From an uncultured Rivularia sp. (lineage in GTDB: Bacteria; Cyanobacteriota; Cyanobacteriia; Cyanobacteriales; Nostocaceae): a stretch of 64,000 nucleotides of DNA. Of this stretch, positions 42,468-55,017 are shown one piece after another. Location of the stretch: contig OY762007.1 in the NCBI GenBank assembly GCA_963665115.1, positions 1,184,001-1,248,000 of the forward strand. The letters run 5' to 3'. The notes under the pieces were generated by a model. The model was not told where the DNA came from. It did not search any database and saw only the letters and a list, made by a program, of their open reading frames with translations. The position numbers were made by a program, and so were the translations under genes. The first letter of the stretch is position 1. Each line of letters opens with the position of its first letter.

Positions 42468-43639
42468 AGTAGGTCGGCATGAAAAAACCAAAGTATGTAA
42501 AGATAAGTAAATACGGAAAATGCATCTACCGAGGTTATTGAAATATGGGCGCTCGTTTAAGGGTGTTTCTGACTCGTGAGCAAGACAAAGACTTGCTAAA
42601 CCTAAGAACAAAAGACGTACCAAACAAAGTAAAAGACCGAGCAGAAGTAATTAGATTAAATGCACATGGTTGGTATGTTGAAAAAATAGCAGATCATTTC
42701 GGGTGGACTGCACAAACAGTAAGAGACATTTTACATAAATGGCAGAAAGAAGGATATAGCGGACTTTGGGATAAACCCGGCAGGGGAGGTAAGACGAAGT
42801 ATAAAGAAGAAGACATTATATATCTGGAAGAATGCCTCAAAAAAGAACCACGCACATACAATAGTCTTCAATTAGCCCAAAAATTAGAAGGCGATCGCCA
42901 GGTTAAGTTGAGTCCCGATAGATTAAGAAGGGTACTCAAAAAAAGGGGGTCATTTGGAAAAGAACAAGAAAAAGCCACAAAGAAAAGCAAGACCCAATCT
43001 TCAAAGAAATCAAGCAAGCAGACCTAGATATGTTAGAACTATCTGCGGCTGCTGGGGAAATAGATTTAAAGTATTTAGATGAATCTGGTTTCTGTATGTG
43101 GAGTGAACCAAACTACACATATTACCAGATCGGTGAACAGAAGCGCTTAGAGCAAACTAAGCGTCGTGGTCGTAGATTAAGTATTATAGGGCTTTTACAA
43201 CCCCTAGTTAGCTTTGTATATGGTTTAGTTATTGGTGGTGTTAATCGCTTTTCTTACATCCATATGATGGAACAAGAAGCGGCTGAGGCTCAAAGAAGCG
43301 GACGCATGAGAGTTATAGTACAGGACAACGGTCCAATACACCGATGCAAGGAAGTTCAGCAGTTATGGTCTAAGTGGGAAAGTCAAGGTTTGTATATCTT
43401 CTTTTTGCCTAAATATTGTTCTGAGATGAACCCAATTGAATTGGAATGGCAGCATCTCAAGAAAGATGAACTTTCTGGACAAATGTTTGATGACGAATTA
43501 GACCTTGCTTATGCCGTAATAGATGGAGTTCAAGTTAGAGGAGAAAGAGGTAACTACAAGACACAGCGTGTTAGATTTAACTCCAACACGACATCTTAAC
43601 TTTTCGTTACATAGTTATAAATTTCCCCGCCGACCTACT
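42468..43639 (+). mobile_element. IS630-family insertion sequence (1172 bp)
   Basis: TIR AGTAGGTCGGC / GCCGACCTACT; TA duplication at 42466-42467 and 43640-43641. Confidence 0.92.
42545..43599 (+). CDS. IS630 transposase, two ORFs joined by a probable programmed -1 frameshift
   Basis: HTH ORF, A7G5 slippery run at ~42938-42948, then [30 protein letters not shown] motifs. Confidence 0.88.
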
Positions 43640-43824
43640 TAGTAGTGTAATAACTATCAGGCGCATTTTGCATCCGTTCTATAAATGCCGGAGAATCTTT
43701 ACAAGGTACCAGTGTAGTGTTCTCTGCCAATGCAGTAGGAATAAAATTAATCCAGAAAAAGCTTGCAAGTAGTAGTGCGAAAAATATTCTTTTCATAGTT
43801 TTATCCTTTGTTATTAATTGTCAA

Positions 43825-44094
43825 TTTATTTTGGATTTTAGATTTTGCGGAAAGTTGGGGGTTTCGGTTTCCGGAGCCACTGCGTTGCGCGGGTTCCCAA
43901 GGCAGCGCGGTCTTGGGGGTTTCCCCCATGAGCGACTGCCGCCGCGTTGTAGCAAGTGGCGTTCCCCCAAACTTTCCAAGACAGATTTTGGATTGTCTCC
44001 AAGAATAAATTCCCAATTCCCAATTCCCCATTCCCCATTCCCAATTCCCAATTCCCTACTCCCTACTCCCTACTTTCTACTCCCTACTCCCTCT
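43825..44094. repeat. Nested short dispersed repeats plus heptamer STRR arrays
   Basis: GATTTTG/A, ATTCCCA and ACTCCCT tandem heptamers; GC-rich palindromic insert. Confidence 0.7.
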
Positions 44095-44097
44095 TAA

Positions 44098-45627
44098 TTA
44101 AACTGTCTGCTTTTTACGAGTACTCATGTCGCCCACTTTCTGGAACACACCAAACTCAACTTGTTCCTCTATATCAGCGTCAATTCCAGCAAAGACATCT
44201 CGGTATAAGGTGCGTGAACCATGCCAGATATGTCCGAAGAACCACAGCAAGCCCCAAACAGTATGAGCAAAAGCAAACCATCCACGGGTACTTGTACGAA
44301 ATATCCCATCGGAATTGAGAGTTTCACTATCAAATTCAAAAATTTCACCCAGTTGAGCGCGACGAGCAAATGGTTTTACATCAATTGGATCTGTAAAAGT
44401 TTGACCGTTAAGTTCGCCACCGTAGAAGCTAACAGTTGTACCAGTCTGCTCAAAGCTGAATTTGGATTCTGCTCGTCGGAAAGGTATATCTGCACGTACA
44501 ACATCATCTTTATCAGTCAACACTACAGGAAAGGTTTCAAAGAAGTTAGGCATCCGTCGTACCGTCAATTCTCTACCTTCTCCGTCTTTAAATACTGGAT
44601 GACCGGACCAACCTTGAGCAATACCATCTCCATTGTTCATTGCTCCTACTCGGAATAAACCACCCTTAGCTGGACTATTACCAACATAGTCGTAAAAAGC
44701 TAACTTATCTGGAATAGTTGACCAAGCTTGTGAAAGTGTTTTACCACTAGCCAAACTGGTTTGCACTTGTCGATTAATCGCATTTTGGAAATAACCGTTG
44801 TCCCATTGGTAACGAGTCGGGCCAAACAGTTCAATCGGAGTTGTGGCGCTACCGTACCACATTGTCCCAGAAACAATAAAAGCTGCAAAAAAGAATGTTG
44901 CTAAAGCGCTGCCAAGAACAGTTTCGATATTACCCATTCTTAAAGCCCTGTAGAGTACCTCCGGAGGACGAAAAGCTATATGGAAAATACCGCCGATAAT
45001 ACCAACAATCCCCGCAGCAATGTGGTGAGCTACAACACCACCAGGATTAAACGGATTAAAACCTTCGGCTCCCCATACAGGAGCCACACCCTGGACATGA
45101 CCAGTTAATCCGTAGGGATCAGAAACCCACATCCCCGGACCAAATACACCTGTTAAATGGAAAGCACCAAAACCAAAACAAAGAAGACCTGCACAGAACA
45201 AATGAATCCCGAATATTCTTGGTAAATCGAGAACTGGTTGATTATTTTTGCTATCTTGAAATAAATCCAAATCCCAATAAACCCAGTGCCAACAAGCTGC
45301 TAAAAATAACAAACCTGACAAAATAATATGAGCAGCCGCGACACTTTCAAAAGTCCACAAGCTAAAATCTGTTACAGGTGCGCCCGTAATACTCCAACCA
45401 CGCCAAGATTCCGTAACACCCAATCGAGCCATGAAAGGCAATACATACATACCCTGTCGCCACATCGGGTCGAAAACTGGGTCGCTAGGGTCAAACTTAG
45501 CTAATTCGTATAAAACCATTGACCCAGCCCAGCCAGCGGTAAGCGCCGTATGCATCAGGTGGACAGCAATAAGCCTTCCTGGGTCATTCAAAACAACTGT
45601 GTGGACGCGATACCAAGGTAGTCCCAT
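44098..45627 (-). CDS. psbB2: Photosystem II CP47, far-red paralog
   Basis: [18 protein letters not shown]; divergent CP47 in FaRLiP context. Confidence 0.93.
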   Translation of the reverse strand: MGLPWYRVHTVVLNDPGRLIAVHLMHTALTAGWAGSMVLYELAKFDPSDPVFDPMWRQGMYVLPFMARLGVTESWRGWSITGAPVTDFSLWTFESVAAAHIILSGLLFLAACWHWVYWDLDLFQDSKNNQPVLDLPRIFGIHLFCAGLLCFGFGAFHLTGVFGPGMWVSDPYGLTGHVQGVAPVWGAEGFNPFNPGGVVAHHIAAGIVGIIGGIFHIAFRPPEVLYRALRMGNIETVLGSALATFFFAAFIVSGTMWYGSATTPIELFGPTRYQWDNGYFQNAINRQVQTSLASGKTLSQAWSTIPDKLAFYDYVGNSPAKGGLFRVGAMNNGDGIAQGWSGHPVFKDGEGRELTVRRMPNFFETFPVVLTDKDDVVRADIPFRRAESKFSFEQTGTTVSFYGGELNGQTFTDPIDVKPFARRAQLGEIFEFDSETLNSDGIFRTSTRGWFAFAHTVWGLLWFFGHIWHGSRTLYRDVFAGIDADIEEQVEFGVFQKVGDMSTRKKQTV

Positions 45628-45721
45628 AAAATCATGTTCCTTATCAAAAAGTTATGAATTGTAGAGACGTAGCATTGCTACGTCTTTATGGCAGTTATGA
45701 ATTTTTGAGTTTCCTCAATTT

Positions 45722-45901
45722 TTAGAAAAAAAGTTGCAAATATGTGCCTGATATAGAATCAGGAAAAAATCTTTTTAAAAACATCACGGTGACAGAGAAA
45801 AAGGCGATCGCAATATAGCCAATTACAGGAGCAATGATGTGTTCGAGTAAAAAATCCTGAATTCGTACAACCTGAAAATTTTTACGAAACGTAAGAAGCA
45901 T
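45722..45901 (-). CDS. Unannotated 59-aa single-TM protein, PsbF (cytochrome b559 beta)-like
   Basis: GAGGG RBS + ATG; MLLTFRKNFQVVRIQDFLLEHIIAPVIGYIAIAFFSVTVMFLKRFFPDSISGTYLQLFF; co-oriented within the psbC2-psbB2 operon. Confidence 0.6.
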   Translation of the reverse strand: MLLTFRKNFQVVRIQDFLLEHIIAPVIGYIAIAFFSVTVMFLKRFFPDSISGTYLQLFF

Positions 45902-45983
45902 AAACTAAAACCCTCGCAAAAGAGTAAGAATTTACCAGCTACCAGCAATGATTATTCACTGATAACTGATAATTGTTCACCGA

Positions 45984-47381
45984 TCAATCCAATGGTTTCA
46001 TCGATAACACTGGTTCATCTTCCCGTTCGATACCTCTTTCAAAACCCGCAGCAGCAGCTCTTGCGCGACCAGCGTGCCAAAGATGACCGACAAGAAACAG
46101 TAGTGAAAAAATAAAGTGAGCAGAAGCCAGCCAGGTACGAGGCCCAACAAAGTTGAAGGCATTAAGTTCAGTTGCTAGACCACCAACTGAATTTATAGAG
46201 CCGATGGGAGAATGAGTCATGTATTCGGCCGCCCGACGCTTTTGCCAAGGTTGAATATCATTCTTGAGCTTATCTATATCTAGTCCATTAGTTCCTCGTA
46301 ACGGTTCTAACCAAGGAGCTTTGACATCCCAAAAGCGCATTGTTTCAGCCCCAAAGATGATTTCTCCTGTTGGCGATCGCTGTAAATATTTACCTAAACC
46401 AGTCGGACCTTGGGATGTAGATATATTCGCTCCTAAAGCTTGGTCGCGCACTATAAAGTTGAATACTTGAGAATTGGCAGCCTCTGCAACTGTCGGGCCA
46501 TAAAACTCGCTCGGATAAGCAGTATTGTTAAACCAGATAAACATCGCAGCAATAAAAGCTTGTCCGGCTACATTACCCAAACTTTGAGAAAGATAGGCTT
46601 CACCAGACCAAATAAATACTCTATCGGTCCACTTAAAAGGTTTAGTGATAATGTGCCAAATACCACCAAGTATTAGTAAACCACCTACCCAAATATGACC
46701 GCCAACTAAATCCTCTAAGTTATCAACGCTAACAATATTACCAGCACCCCCCGTAAACGGACTAAATATGTAACCAAAAATTATTCTTGGGTCAAGAGTT
46801 GGGCTGGTAACAAGGCGCACATCACCGCCACCCGGTACCCAAGTATCATATAAACCACCCCAAAACATAGCTTTACCGACAAGTACGTAAGCCGCTAGAC
46901 CAAGGGCAATCAAATGATATCCCAGAATACTAGTAACTTTGTCCTTGTCGCTCCAATCAAAATTGAAGAAACCTGCTAGCTTTTCGGGACCTCTAATTGA
47001 GTGATAAATCCCACCAAAACCTAAAACAGCAGAGCCTATTAAATGCGTTACCGCAATAGCAAAAAATGGGAAAGTGTCTACAATTTCACCCCCATATCCT
47101 ACACCAATGCCGAGAGTGGCAATATGAGGCATTAAAATTAAGCCCTGCTCGTACATCGGCTTTTCTGGTATATAGTGAGCAACTTCAAACAACAGCATTG
47201 CTCCAGCCCAGAACGCAATTACTCCAGCATGAGCAACATGAGCGCCTAAAAAGCGACCGGATAAATTGATAAAACGGGCATTACCAGCCCACCATGCATA
47301 TCCAGTAGATGCCTCATCACGACCTTCTCTCTTTTCAGAGTTAACAGTCGTCGTGCTTGATTTTTCAAAAGGTGTTTCCAT
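45984..47381 (-). CDS. psbC2: Photosystem II CP43, far-red paralog
   Basis: [34 protein letters not shown]. Confidence 0.93.
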   Translation of the reverse strand: METPFEKSSTTTVNSEKREGRDEASTGYAWWAGNARFINLSGRFLGAHVAHAGVIAFWAGAMLLFEVAHYIPEKPMYEQGLILMPHIATLGIGVGYGGEIVDTFPFFAIAVTHLIGSAVLGFGGIYHSIRGPEKLAGFFNFDWSDKDKVTSILGYHLIALGLAAYVLVGKAMFWGGLYDTWVPGGGDVRLVTSPTLDPRIIFGYIFSPFTGGAGNIVSVDNLEDLVGGHIWVGGLLILGGIWHIITKPFKWTDRVFIWSGEAYLSQSLGNVAGQAFIAAMFIWFNNTAYPSEFYGPTVAEAANSQVFNFIVRDQALGANISTSQGPTGLGKYLQRSPTGEIIFGAETMRFWDVKAPWLEPLRGTNGLDIDKLKNDIQPWQKRRAAEYMTHSPIGSINSVGGLATELNAFNFVGPRTWLASAHFIFSLLFLVGHLWHAGRARAAAAGFERGIEREDEPVLSMKPLD

Positions 47382-47498
47382 TATTTATTAATTGTTTTGT
47401 ATTGTTTATTTTTGGGGATTGGGGATTGGGCATAGGGCATAGGGCATAGGTAATTTTTAACAACTAACAACCAACAACTAACCACTAACCACTAACCC

Positions 47499-48557
47499 TT
47501 AAAGAGCATTCCCACGAGGTAATACTTCTGGGGGAAATTGGAAGTGTTGATGCGGCTGATCTTCCTGTGCCATCCAAGCTCTAGCTCCTTCATTCAGGAG
47601 AATATTCTTGGTGTAAAAAGTTTCAAATTCGGGGTCTTCGGCTGCTCGTAATTCTTGAGAAACAAAATCATATGCTCGCAAGTTAAAGGCTAAACCCGCC
47701 ATTCCAATTGCACTCATCCACAAGCCAGTTACTGGTACAAACAACATGAAAAAGTGCAACCACCGTTTGTTAGAAAAGGCTACCCCGAAAATCTGCGACC
47801 AAAAGCGATTCGCTGTCACAAAGGAATAGGTTTCTTCTGCTTGAGTTGCGCTAAATGCTCCAAAAGTATTGAAATTCTTACCATCTTTGAACAGAGTATT
47901 TTCTACAGTTGCACCGTGAATAGCACACAGTAAAGCACCACCCAATACACCAGCGACTCCCATCATATGGAAAGGATTGAGCGTATAGTTGTGGAAAGCT
48001 TGGAAGAATAGTAGAAAACGGAAAATAGCAGCTACTCCAAAGCTAGCAGCAAAAAACCAGCTTGATTGACCTAAAGGATAAATCAAGAATACAGAAACAA
48101 AAACAGCAATAGGCGCAGAAAAAGCAATAGCATTATACGGACGAAGACCTACAAGTCGAGCAACTTCAAGTTGCCGGAGCATGAAGCCTATTAATCCGAA
48201 AACACCATGAAAAGCCACAAAATTCCATAAACCTCCAATCTGAAACCAACGGATAAAGTCTCCCTGTGCTTCAGGTCCCCATAATAATAGTAAAGAGTGA
48301 CCCATACTATTGGCGGGAGTGGAAACAGCCGCTGTCAGGAAGTTACAGCCTTCAATGTAAGAACTGACCACACCGTGGGTATACCAAGAAGTTACAAAAG
48401 TTGTCCCAGTAAACCAACCTCCAATAGCCATATAGGCACAGGGGAACAGTAAAAGACCAGACCAACCGATAAAAACAAAGCGATCGCGCTTCAACCAGTC
48501 ATCAAGAACCGTAAACCATTCCCAGCCTGTCCGGCTGCGTTTGATTGCTATAGTCAT
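47499..48557 (-). CDS. psbD3: Photosystem II D2, far-red paralog
   Basis: [34 protein letters not shown]; divergent from standard D2. Confidence 0.93.
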   Translation of the reverse strand: MTIAIKRSRTGWEWFTVLDDWLKRDRFVFIGWSGLLLFPCAYMAIGGWFTGTTFVTSWYTHGVVSSYIEGCNFLTAAVSTPANSMGHSLLLLWGPEAQGDFIRWFQIGGLWNFVAFHGVFGLIGFMLRQLEVARLVGLRPYNAIAFSAPIAVFVSVFLIYPLGQSSWFFAASFGVAAIFRFLLFFQAFHNYTLNPFHMMGVAGVLGGALLCAIHGATVENTLFKDGKNFNTFGAFSATQAEETYSFVTANRFWSQIFGVAFSNKRWLHFFMLFVPVTGLWMSAIGMAGLAFNLRAYDFVSQELRAAEDPEFETFYTKNILLNEGARAWMAQEDQPHQHFQFPPEVLPRGNAL

Positions 48558-48648
48558 AGTATTTTTCCTTTTTATTTGTTGGTAGTAAGGGCTTTAGCCC
48601 TCATAAGCAAGGACTAAAGTCCTTACTACGAACTTCAAGTAATAGATT

Positions 48649-49170
48649 TTACCAATCCGAATTCCCATCATTAATAAAGTAAGGAGTCCCCGGTAAAGCA
48701 AGAGCTTGAATGATTTGGTCAAAATAAGGAGTAACCAAAGCTGCATCCTGCGAGCCAAGAGTTACTTCAGCTTGTTCTTTGATGCAGTTTAATGCTTCTA
48801 CCCAATTTGCTAAGGGTATACCCAAAGATTGGTACATTTCTTTCATACCGACGATACCAATTTCTGTTAATGGCTGGTCGTTTCCTGCTAAAACACAGTA
48901 AGCAACTAACCGGATATACCAACCTTGGTCGCGCTGACATGAAGATGTCTTTCGCATATTCCCGCTATTGCTGGGGGTGTTAGGACACCGCTTCCAGAAT
49001 TTATCGCTGGAGATTTCGACTAACCGTCTTTCATTCTTCGCTAAAGTTGTAGCAACCCGAATCCGCTGCGTCCCCGTATGACAAAAGTTTTTAATCATCC
49101 GGATTTCTCCGGGGGTAGGATAACGCAGTTCTTCGTCGGCATTAAGAATCACTTGCTTGACTATACTCAT
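48649..49170 (-). CDS. apcD3: Far-red allophycocyanin alpha-type subunit
   Basis: FWKRCPNTPSNSG...CQRDQGWY; C-terminal extension; lies after apcE2. Confidence 0.85.
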   Translation of the reverse strand: MSIVKQVILNADEELRYPTPGEIRMIKNFCHTGTQRIRVATTLAKNERRLVEISSDKFWKRCPNTPSNSGNMRKTSSCQRDQGWYIRLVAYCVLAGNDQPLTEIGIVGMKEMYQSLGIPLANWVEALNCIKEQAEVTLGSQDAALVTPYFDQIIQALALPGTPYFINDGNSDW

Positions 49171-51476
49171 AATTCTCCTCTGTTTGAGTTTCAGTCACTG
49201 GTTCTTGTAACTGCGTCACTGTTTCTACAATTGGCTCTGCTGAATTTGAGTTGTTCAATTCATCTTCAGAGTTTTGCTGTTGTGTATGAGCAAGTTCTGA
49301 CCAGAAAAGCTGTTTTTGCACGTTGCGCTGTTTGGGAATAAACGCATCCAGTTCGGATGGTGATGAAATTGAGGATTTAGCTCTTAAATTTACACCTTCT
49401 ACCGATGCAGAACGGCGCATGGCGAAACCTCTGGGTGTAATATAACGCTCATAAGGAACCGTATTTTCTCCGAAAGCTTCTATGTATTCGGAACTATCAA
49501 TTATTTCGTCAATCAGAGCGTAAAATCCCTTAGTGGCGGAAATATCGTAGTAGCGATTCATTTCTTCCCGTCCATAAGTCGGACGACCTAACAAACGCCG
49601 ATGAATGTATTCAATGGCTTTAGTAATGTAGAGTTTTTCCCAATACATCCTGCGAAACCAATTAGATTTCCCTAATTGACGGATAAACTCCCGCATCGTA
49701 ATTTCGCCACCTTTGAGTTTGATTTCTGGGGTTGTTAAACGTTGACCTTGTAAAAGCTCGCGTCCAAATACCTGTCGATAAGCTCCGTTAATAACTGCTT
49801 CGGGAGAGTGTTTCGCTAAACTTATACTAAGTTCTTGTTGCTTTTTCCCATTCTTCTTTCCATTTGTGCTTTGACCATTTTGCACAGATGTATCAAATTT
49901 CTCTACATGGTCTAGCTTGATGACACCAACCGCAGAACCGCGAACTTGATAATCGCTAGCTTCAGCATGAATCAAAATCCGGCGAGTATCTTTGTTGAAA
50001 AATGCAGGTTCGGGATGAGGATTGCGGGTGTCTTGAGGAAAAACTGCACCAAACTGAATTTCTAATGGGGTCGTTTCCGCAACCGTAAGGATGTTGATTG
50101 GGTAGAGGTTTTTCATATTTACCAAACAGGGTTACAAACTGAGGAACTTTGCGAACGGGAGCGCTATATTTGAATAAATCAATTTGCGGACCCCAGTTGC
50201 GACATTCCTGAGCTTCTTGACCCAAACCGCGCAAATACGGTACTGTTTCCTCACCAAAGTAATCGGAGTATTCCTGAGAATCCACTAAAGTATCTACTAA
50301 TTTAGGTAAACCACCTTTAGTAATAACCGCAAAATATTCTTGGAACTCCGATAAAGAACTCAAACCGCGACCTAGAAAGTGACGCATCGCCAATTCTATA
50401 ACGCGAGCGATTGAATAAGGCTCATAAAAAAGCGTCAGGTAGAGCCGAGATTTACCCAACCTGCGGACAAACTCCTTCATCGAGATTTGTCCACCCTTGA
50501 GCTTCGATTCTATTTCAGTACCGGGAAAAGCATATATTGCAGTAATATCGCGTTCAAAAACTTGACGATAAGCAGCTTTAATTGCGTCTCGCTTTTCTGT
50601 TTCCGATAGCACCGACTTCATCATGAATTTTGGTCGATTTTCGGCCGCGATCGCATAACTCTGAGGTAGCACCAAACCCTGTTGCTCGTTGGAAACCCCA
50701 ATTCTCAGTCTGTCTGAGGGCTTTTCTTCTAAATACTCAGAAATCAATATATCAAAATAATACTTGACAATATTGCTTGCTTCAGTATTATCTTGCAAAA
50801 AGCTCGCCGATTGTCTTCGCATTTCTTTGAGCGCAACAACGGTAGCTTCCGTGACATCTTCTGGAATAACTCCGCGCAATCCTCGGACGTTAACTGTGAG
50901 AATACTAGCATCACCAGCAACAACTGCATAAGTAATATAGCGCAAGAACCAGGATAAGTCCCGCATAGACCTTTTCATTCTTTTTGGTCCGTAGCGAGAG
51001 ATATTGATGAAACGAAAACCTCCCGGAAGTGGATCTCTATCGCTATAAAGGGTTCGGATTTGTTGCCACCAAGCTTTAAAAGGAGCAGAAATCTTAGGAG
51101 CTTGTATTGATTCGAGACGCTCCTTAACAGCAACAACGCGATTTCTTCTTGCCGCAGTCAGATAATCTTCACCAACAAAATATCCCGAACCCGGTAATCC
51201 TAGCAGTTCTTTGGGCTTTTCCAGATAATCCATTGGCGAACCACCAACGAAAATACGGTTTGCTCCAGCAGAGACAATTTCCGAGGCCTTATTAGTTAAA
51301 GTTATTGCAATTTCTAACCGCAACTCACCAGAACTAAAAAACGATCCTAGTTGTTGAAGTTCAGTGTTTCTCAAATAACGGTCTTGTTGTTCCGTCTGAG
51401 AAATAACTGAGGTAGGTAAACTTTGATATTGTTGTGGACGGATAACTGGACTACCACCACTTACTTTTACACTCAT
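49142..51476 (-). CDS. apcE2: Far-red core-membrane linker (~777 aa, two REP domains), +1 frameshift at 50067-50070
   Basis: VIPEDV motif in place of the Cys-containing ENACS; two AYRQVF linker repeats. The corrected frame reads GNDPLEIQFGA. Confidence 0.9.
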
Positions 51477-51520
51477 ATATTTTATCCTTTGTTACTTATT
51501 CCTCAATGCCTAATGCCCAT

Positions 51521-52000
51521 TCAAGGCATTAATGATTGAATCAAATAATCAAAATAAGGTGCGACTTCAGTAGCATCTTTTGAGGAAAAAAGCTCTAAAG
51601 AAACTTCTTTGAGACAGCGAATAGCTTCCACTAAATTCGGTAGGGGAATTTCCAAAGATTCATACATCTCCTTCACCCCGACAGTGCCAATTTCTGCGAG
51701 AGGTTCTATATCTCCCACCACAAGGGAATAGGTAATTAGACGAACATACCAACCTTGGTCGCGCAAACATGAAGCCCGATAGGTTCTGTTACCACTATTA
51801 CTGGGTGTATCGGGACACCGTTCCCAAAACCTCAAACTAGCTTTTTGGACAATTTTTTGTTCGTTTTCCGCGAGAACTGTCGCCAGCGAGAGCCGAGAAA
51901 CTCCACCTTGATAAAAGTCCCCGATCGTAATTAATTCTCCCGCATTTAGATAACGGGCTTCTCTATCGGCTTGAGCAATTGTTTTTGTAATGATGCTCAT
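51521..52000 (-). CDS. apcD2: Far-red allophycocyanin alpha-type subunit
   Basis: FWERCPDTPSNSG, CLRDQGWY; position between apcB2 and apcE2. Confidence 0.85.
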   Translation of the reverse strand: MSIITKTIAQADREARYLNAGELITIGDFYQGGVSRLSLATVLAENEQKIVQKASLRFWERCPDTPSNSGNRTYRASCLRDQGWYVRLITYSLVVGDIEPLAEIGTVGVKEMYESLEIPLPNLVEAIRCLKEVSLELFSSKDATEVAPYFDYLIQSLMP

Positions 52001-52172
52001 AAAGATCCTGTTTTTGATTGTTAATTAGAACCTCTCTCTTGCAAGGAGAGAGGCTGTTATCTTACTCCTCTTCCCGATGCTCGGAAGGGGCTAGGGGTTA
52101 GCTCTGTATTGGTATTAACCGTGAACTATTAACTGTTACAAACCAATATTTATCAATGAATTAAAACACCTT

Positions 52173-52658
52173 TCAACTTAAACCAGCAGCAATGTGATCA
52201 AAGTAAACACCCATTTCCCTACCTGATTCGTTACCGAGCATACTAGTAACAACTTCCTTCATGGCTTGTACTGCTCGGATAGTTCCACCAATGGGAACTC
52301 CCAATGAATTATAAGTTTCTCTTAAACCATTCAAAATACGCTCATCTAAAATTGAAGCGTCACCAGCTAACATCGCATAAGTTGCATAGCGGAGAAAATA
52401 ATCCAAGTCGCGCACGCAAGCGGCATAGCGACGACAAGTATACATATTGCCACCAGGAGCGGTAATATCTGTGTAAAGTAAAGACTTGGCAACAGTTTGA
52501 GTGACGATATTTTTGGCATTAGCACTTACAGCAGTAGCAGCTTTTGCTCGCATATCGCCGCTATGAAAGTAAGTTTCTAATCTGTCTAAGAAAGTATTAT
52601 CTAGATATTTGCCTTGAACATCAGAGGAATTAATCAAGGCAGTAATTACATCTTGCAT
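52173..52658 (-). CDS. apcB2: Far-red allophycocyanin beta subunit
   Basis: [37 protein letters not shown]. Confidence 0.9.
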   Translation of the reverse strand: MQDVITALINSSDVQGKYLDNTFLDRLETYFHSGDMRAKAATAVSANAKNIVTQTVAKSLLYTDITAPGGNMYTCRRYAACVRDLDYFLRYATYAMLAGDASILDERILNGLRETYNSLGVPIGGTIRAVQAMKEVVTSMLGNESGREMGVYFDHIAAGLS

Positions 52659-52866
52659 GATTCAAAGTTTCCTTAAGCTAAGTTTTTATTTTTTGAGTTA
52701 AAGATTAGAATTCATTCGATTTTGGATTTTGCGGAACATCCCCAAGCAGAGGAACTGGCGTTGGGGTGTAGATTCTCTTCCGCCAAAACTAAGCATCGAC
52801 AGATTTTAGATTTTGGATTGATATTGATGTATATTACAATCCTAAAAAACCTGAATCCCGCCATTG

Positions 52867-53343
52867 TTAAGAAAGTGCCTGAATGATGTAGTCGAAATAG
52901 GGCCCGACTTCAACTGCATCTTCTTCACTCATCATAGATACAGCTTCTTCTTTGACGCAGCGCATAGCTTCAACTAAGTTTCTCAATGGAATCTCTAAAT
53001 TGTTGTACATTTCTTTAATGCCAAGAGTGCCAATTTCTTCTAGAGGCTTTTCACTACCAGCCAAAATAGAATAAGCAATTAAGCGCACATACCAACCCTG
53101 ATCGCGTTGACAAGAAGCTGTCTTACGGTCAATACCGCTATTACTTGGGGTATTCGGACAGCGTTCCCAAAATCTCATGCTGCCATTTTGGACGATTTGT
53201 TGCTCATTTTCTGCCAATGTTTTGGCAATGCGAATTCTCTGATCTCCTGTTTTTAGAAAATCTTGAAATATTCTTAATTCTTTAGGAGCAGGATATCTAG
53301 CTTCACTATCAGCGCTAAGAATCAATTCTGTTACAACACTCAT
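52867..53343 (-). CDS. apcD5: Far-red allophycocyanin alpha-type subunit (ApcD5/ApcA2 position)
   Basis: ADSEARYPAPKE, FWERCPNTPSNSG, CQRDQGWY; first apc gene of the operon. Confidence 0.8.
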   Translation of the reverse strand: MSVVTELILSADSEARYPAPKELRIFQDFLKTGDQRIRIAKTLAENEQQIVQNGSMRFWERCPNTPSNSGIDRKTASCQRDQGWYVRLIAYSILAGSEKPLEEIGTLGIKEMYNNLEIPLRNLVEAMRCVKEEAVSMMSEEDAVEVGPYFDYIIQALS

Positions 53344-53435
53344 TTATTTCTCCTAGTTATTTGTCATCAACGCTCCACGAGGGAAAGTAATAATTGAAAC
53401 CCTCGCTACAAATGGAATAAACAAATTTTTGTCTT

Positions 53436-53495
53436 CCCCATTCCCCATTCCCAATTCCCAATTCCCAATTCCCAATTCCCAATTCCCCGTCCCCA
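53436..53495. repeat. STRR heptamer array (ATTCCCA/C)
   Basis: About 8 tandem heptamers; similar arrays at 33179-33215 and 47414-47497. Confidence 0.85.
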
Positions 53496-53553
53496 ATATT
53501 TATTAGGAGTCATTAGTCAGTAACCTCCGACTAATGACTTTAGGTAATCATCC

Positions 53554-54639
53554 TCAAGCAGCTAATGCTGGAGCTTTCAGCGAAATTACCGGAACCGATT
53601 CACCAGATGCAAGATCCAATGGAAAATTGTGAGCATTCCGTTCGTGCATGACTTCAAAACCAAGATTGGCTCGATTTAATACATCTGCCCAGCTAGGAAG
53701 TACCCGACCTTGAGAATCAAGGATGGAATTATTAAAGTTGAATCCGTTGAGGTTAAATGCCATCGTACTAATACCTATGGCCGTACCCCAAATACAAATT
53801 ACAGGCCAAGCTGCAAGGAAGAAATGTAACGAGCGACTATTATTAAAGCTGGCATACTGGAATATTAACCGACCAAAATAACCGTGCGCTGCAACTATGT
53901 TGTATGTCTCTTGTTCTTGCCCAAATTTATAGCCGTAATTCTGAGATTCAGATTCAGTTGTTTCCCGTACAAGACTCGACGTTACTAAAGAACCGTGCAT
54001 GGCACAGAATAAAGAACCTCCAAGGACTCCAGCCACCCCTATCATATGAAAGGGATTCATTAGGATGTTATGTTCGGCTTGGAACACAAACATAAAATTA
54101 AAGGTGCCGCTGATACCCATTGGTAAACCGTCAGAGAAGCTACCTTGTCCGATGGGGTAAATCAAGAATACAGATGTTGTCGCAGCCAGAGGAGCGCTGT
54201 AAGCAACTGCAATCCAAGGACGCATACCCAAACGGTAAGAAAGTTCCCATTCACGTCCCATGTAGCAACAAAGGGCTGGGATGTAGTGGAACGCAATCAT
54301 CTGGTAAGGTCCACCGTTATACAGCCACTCATCTATAGAAGCTGCTTCCCAAATGGGATAGAAGTGCAGCCCAATAGCATTGGAACTGGGGACGACGGCA
54401 GCAGAAATGATATTGTTGCCATAAAGTAATGAACCTGCTATCGGTTCGCGGATGCCGTCAATATCTACGGGTGGAGCCGCGATAAAGGCAATTATAAAGA
54501 CGCAGGTGGAGACTCCTAATAAAGGAATCATTAGAAAACCAAACCAGCCGATATACAGACGGTTTTCGGTACTAGTAATCCAATCGCAGAACCTATCCCA
54601 TAAGGGAAAGCGGGTAGGTTGTTGTGAAACTATAGTCAT
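53554..54639 (-). CDS. psbA3: Photosystem II D1, far-red form
   Basis: Mn-cluster ligands retained ([21 protein letters not shown]); far-red-type substitutions [21 protein letters not shown]. Confidence 0.92.
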   Translation of the reverse strand: MTIVSQQPTRFPLWDRFCDWITSTENRLYIGWFGFLMIPLLGVSTCVFIIAFIAAPPVDIDGIREPIAGSLLYGNNIISAAVVPSSNAIGLHFYPIWEAASIDEWLYNGGPYQMIAFHYIPALCCYMGREWELSYRLGMRPWIAVAYSAPLAATTSVFLIYPIGQGSFSDGLPMGISGTFNFMFVFQAEHNILMNPFHMIGVAGVLGGSLFCAMHGSLVTSSLVRETTESESQNYGYKFGQEQETYNIVAAHGYFGRLIFQYASFNNSRSLHFFLAAWPVICIWGTAIGISTMAFNLNGFNFNNSILDSQGRVLPSWADVLNRANLGFEVMHERNAHNFPLDLASGESVPVISLKAPALAA

Positions 54640-54769
54640 AAGCTCGATAGTGCTATGAAGGTTAGTTACTAAAAGATGTGAAAAAAGTTAAATTGCCGTT
54701 TGCGGCTCTAGAATACCTGAAAACTGGCTTATTTCGCTCGACATTAACTGTTAGCTATGAGCTGCAACT

Positions 54770-54881
54770 ACTAGTACCGCTGCGCGGAAGTAAAAAGTCA
54801 AAAGTAAGAAGTAAAAAGTATTATATGATAAGGCTTTCAAACTTTTTAAATGGGTGCTTTATTTACGCCGTACTGTACTAG
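54770..54881. mobile_element. MITE-like element (CTAGTAC...GTACTAG ends) in the psbA3 upstream region
   Basis: Terminal inverted repeat with internal AAAAGT(C/A) heptamers; its right end recurs at ~42107-42143. Confidence 0.6.
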
Positions 54882-55017
54882 GTAGGTTTTTTTGTTAAAG
54901 AACCCCCTCATCGCTATCGCTGCTGTAAAAGCATATGCGATGAGGTGGTAACGGCGAGCTAACAAAGATGCAGTTCTCAGAGCTCTTAAGTCGATAAAAG
55001 TACAATAAAAAATAAAA

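Larger units (their letters stand above)
42140..43796 (-). pseudogene. psaF2: Photosystem I subunit III, far-red paralog, interrupted by IS630
   Basis: 5' part MKRIFFALLL...LVPCKDSPAF...YYTT (43796-43640); 3' part [19 protein letters not shown]...[16 protein letters not shown]...ISIR. Excising the IS restores the frame. Confidence 0.9.

Noticed and set aside
42930..43030. Transposase split as another sequencing error or pseudogene
   Set aside because: The A7G5 slippery site between HTH and DDE ORFs is the normal IS630 programmed-frameshift layout.
43717..44318. Several overlapping short ORFs, or a psbH2 downstream of psbB2
   Set aside because: They are translations of STRR and dispersed repeats (PIPHSP, GNWEL); none resembles PsbH.
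49142..50125. Separate linker gene downstream of a short apcE
   Set aside because: It is the 3' half of apcE2 after a +1 base in GGGG at 50067-50070.
53554..54639. psbA paralog as chlorophyll f synthase (chlF/psbA4)
   Set aside because: It keeps the Mn4Ca ligands and the processed C-terminus (DLA), which ChlF lacks. It is PsbA3.
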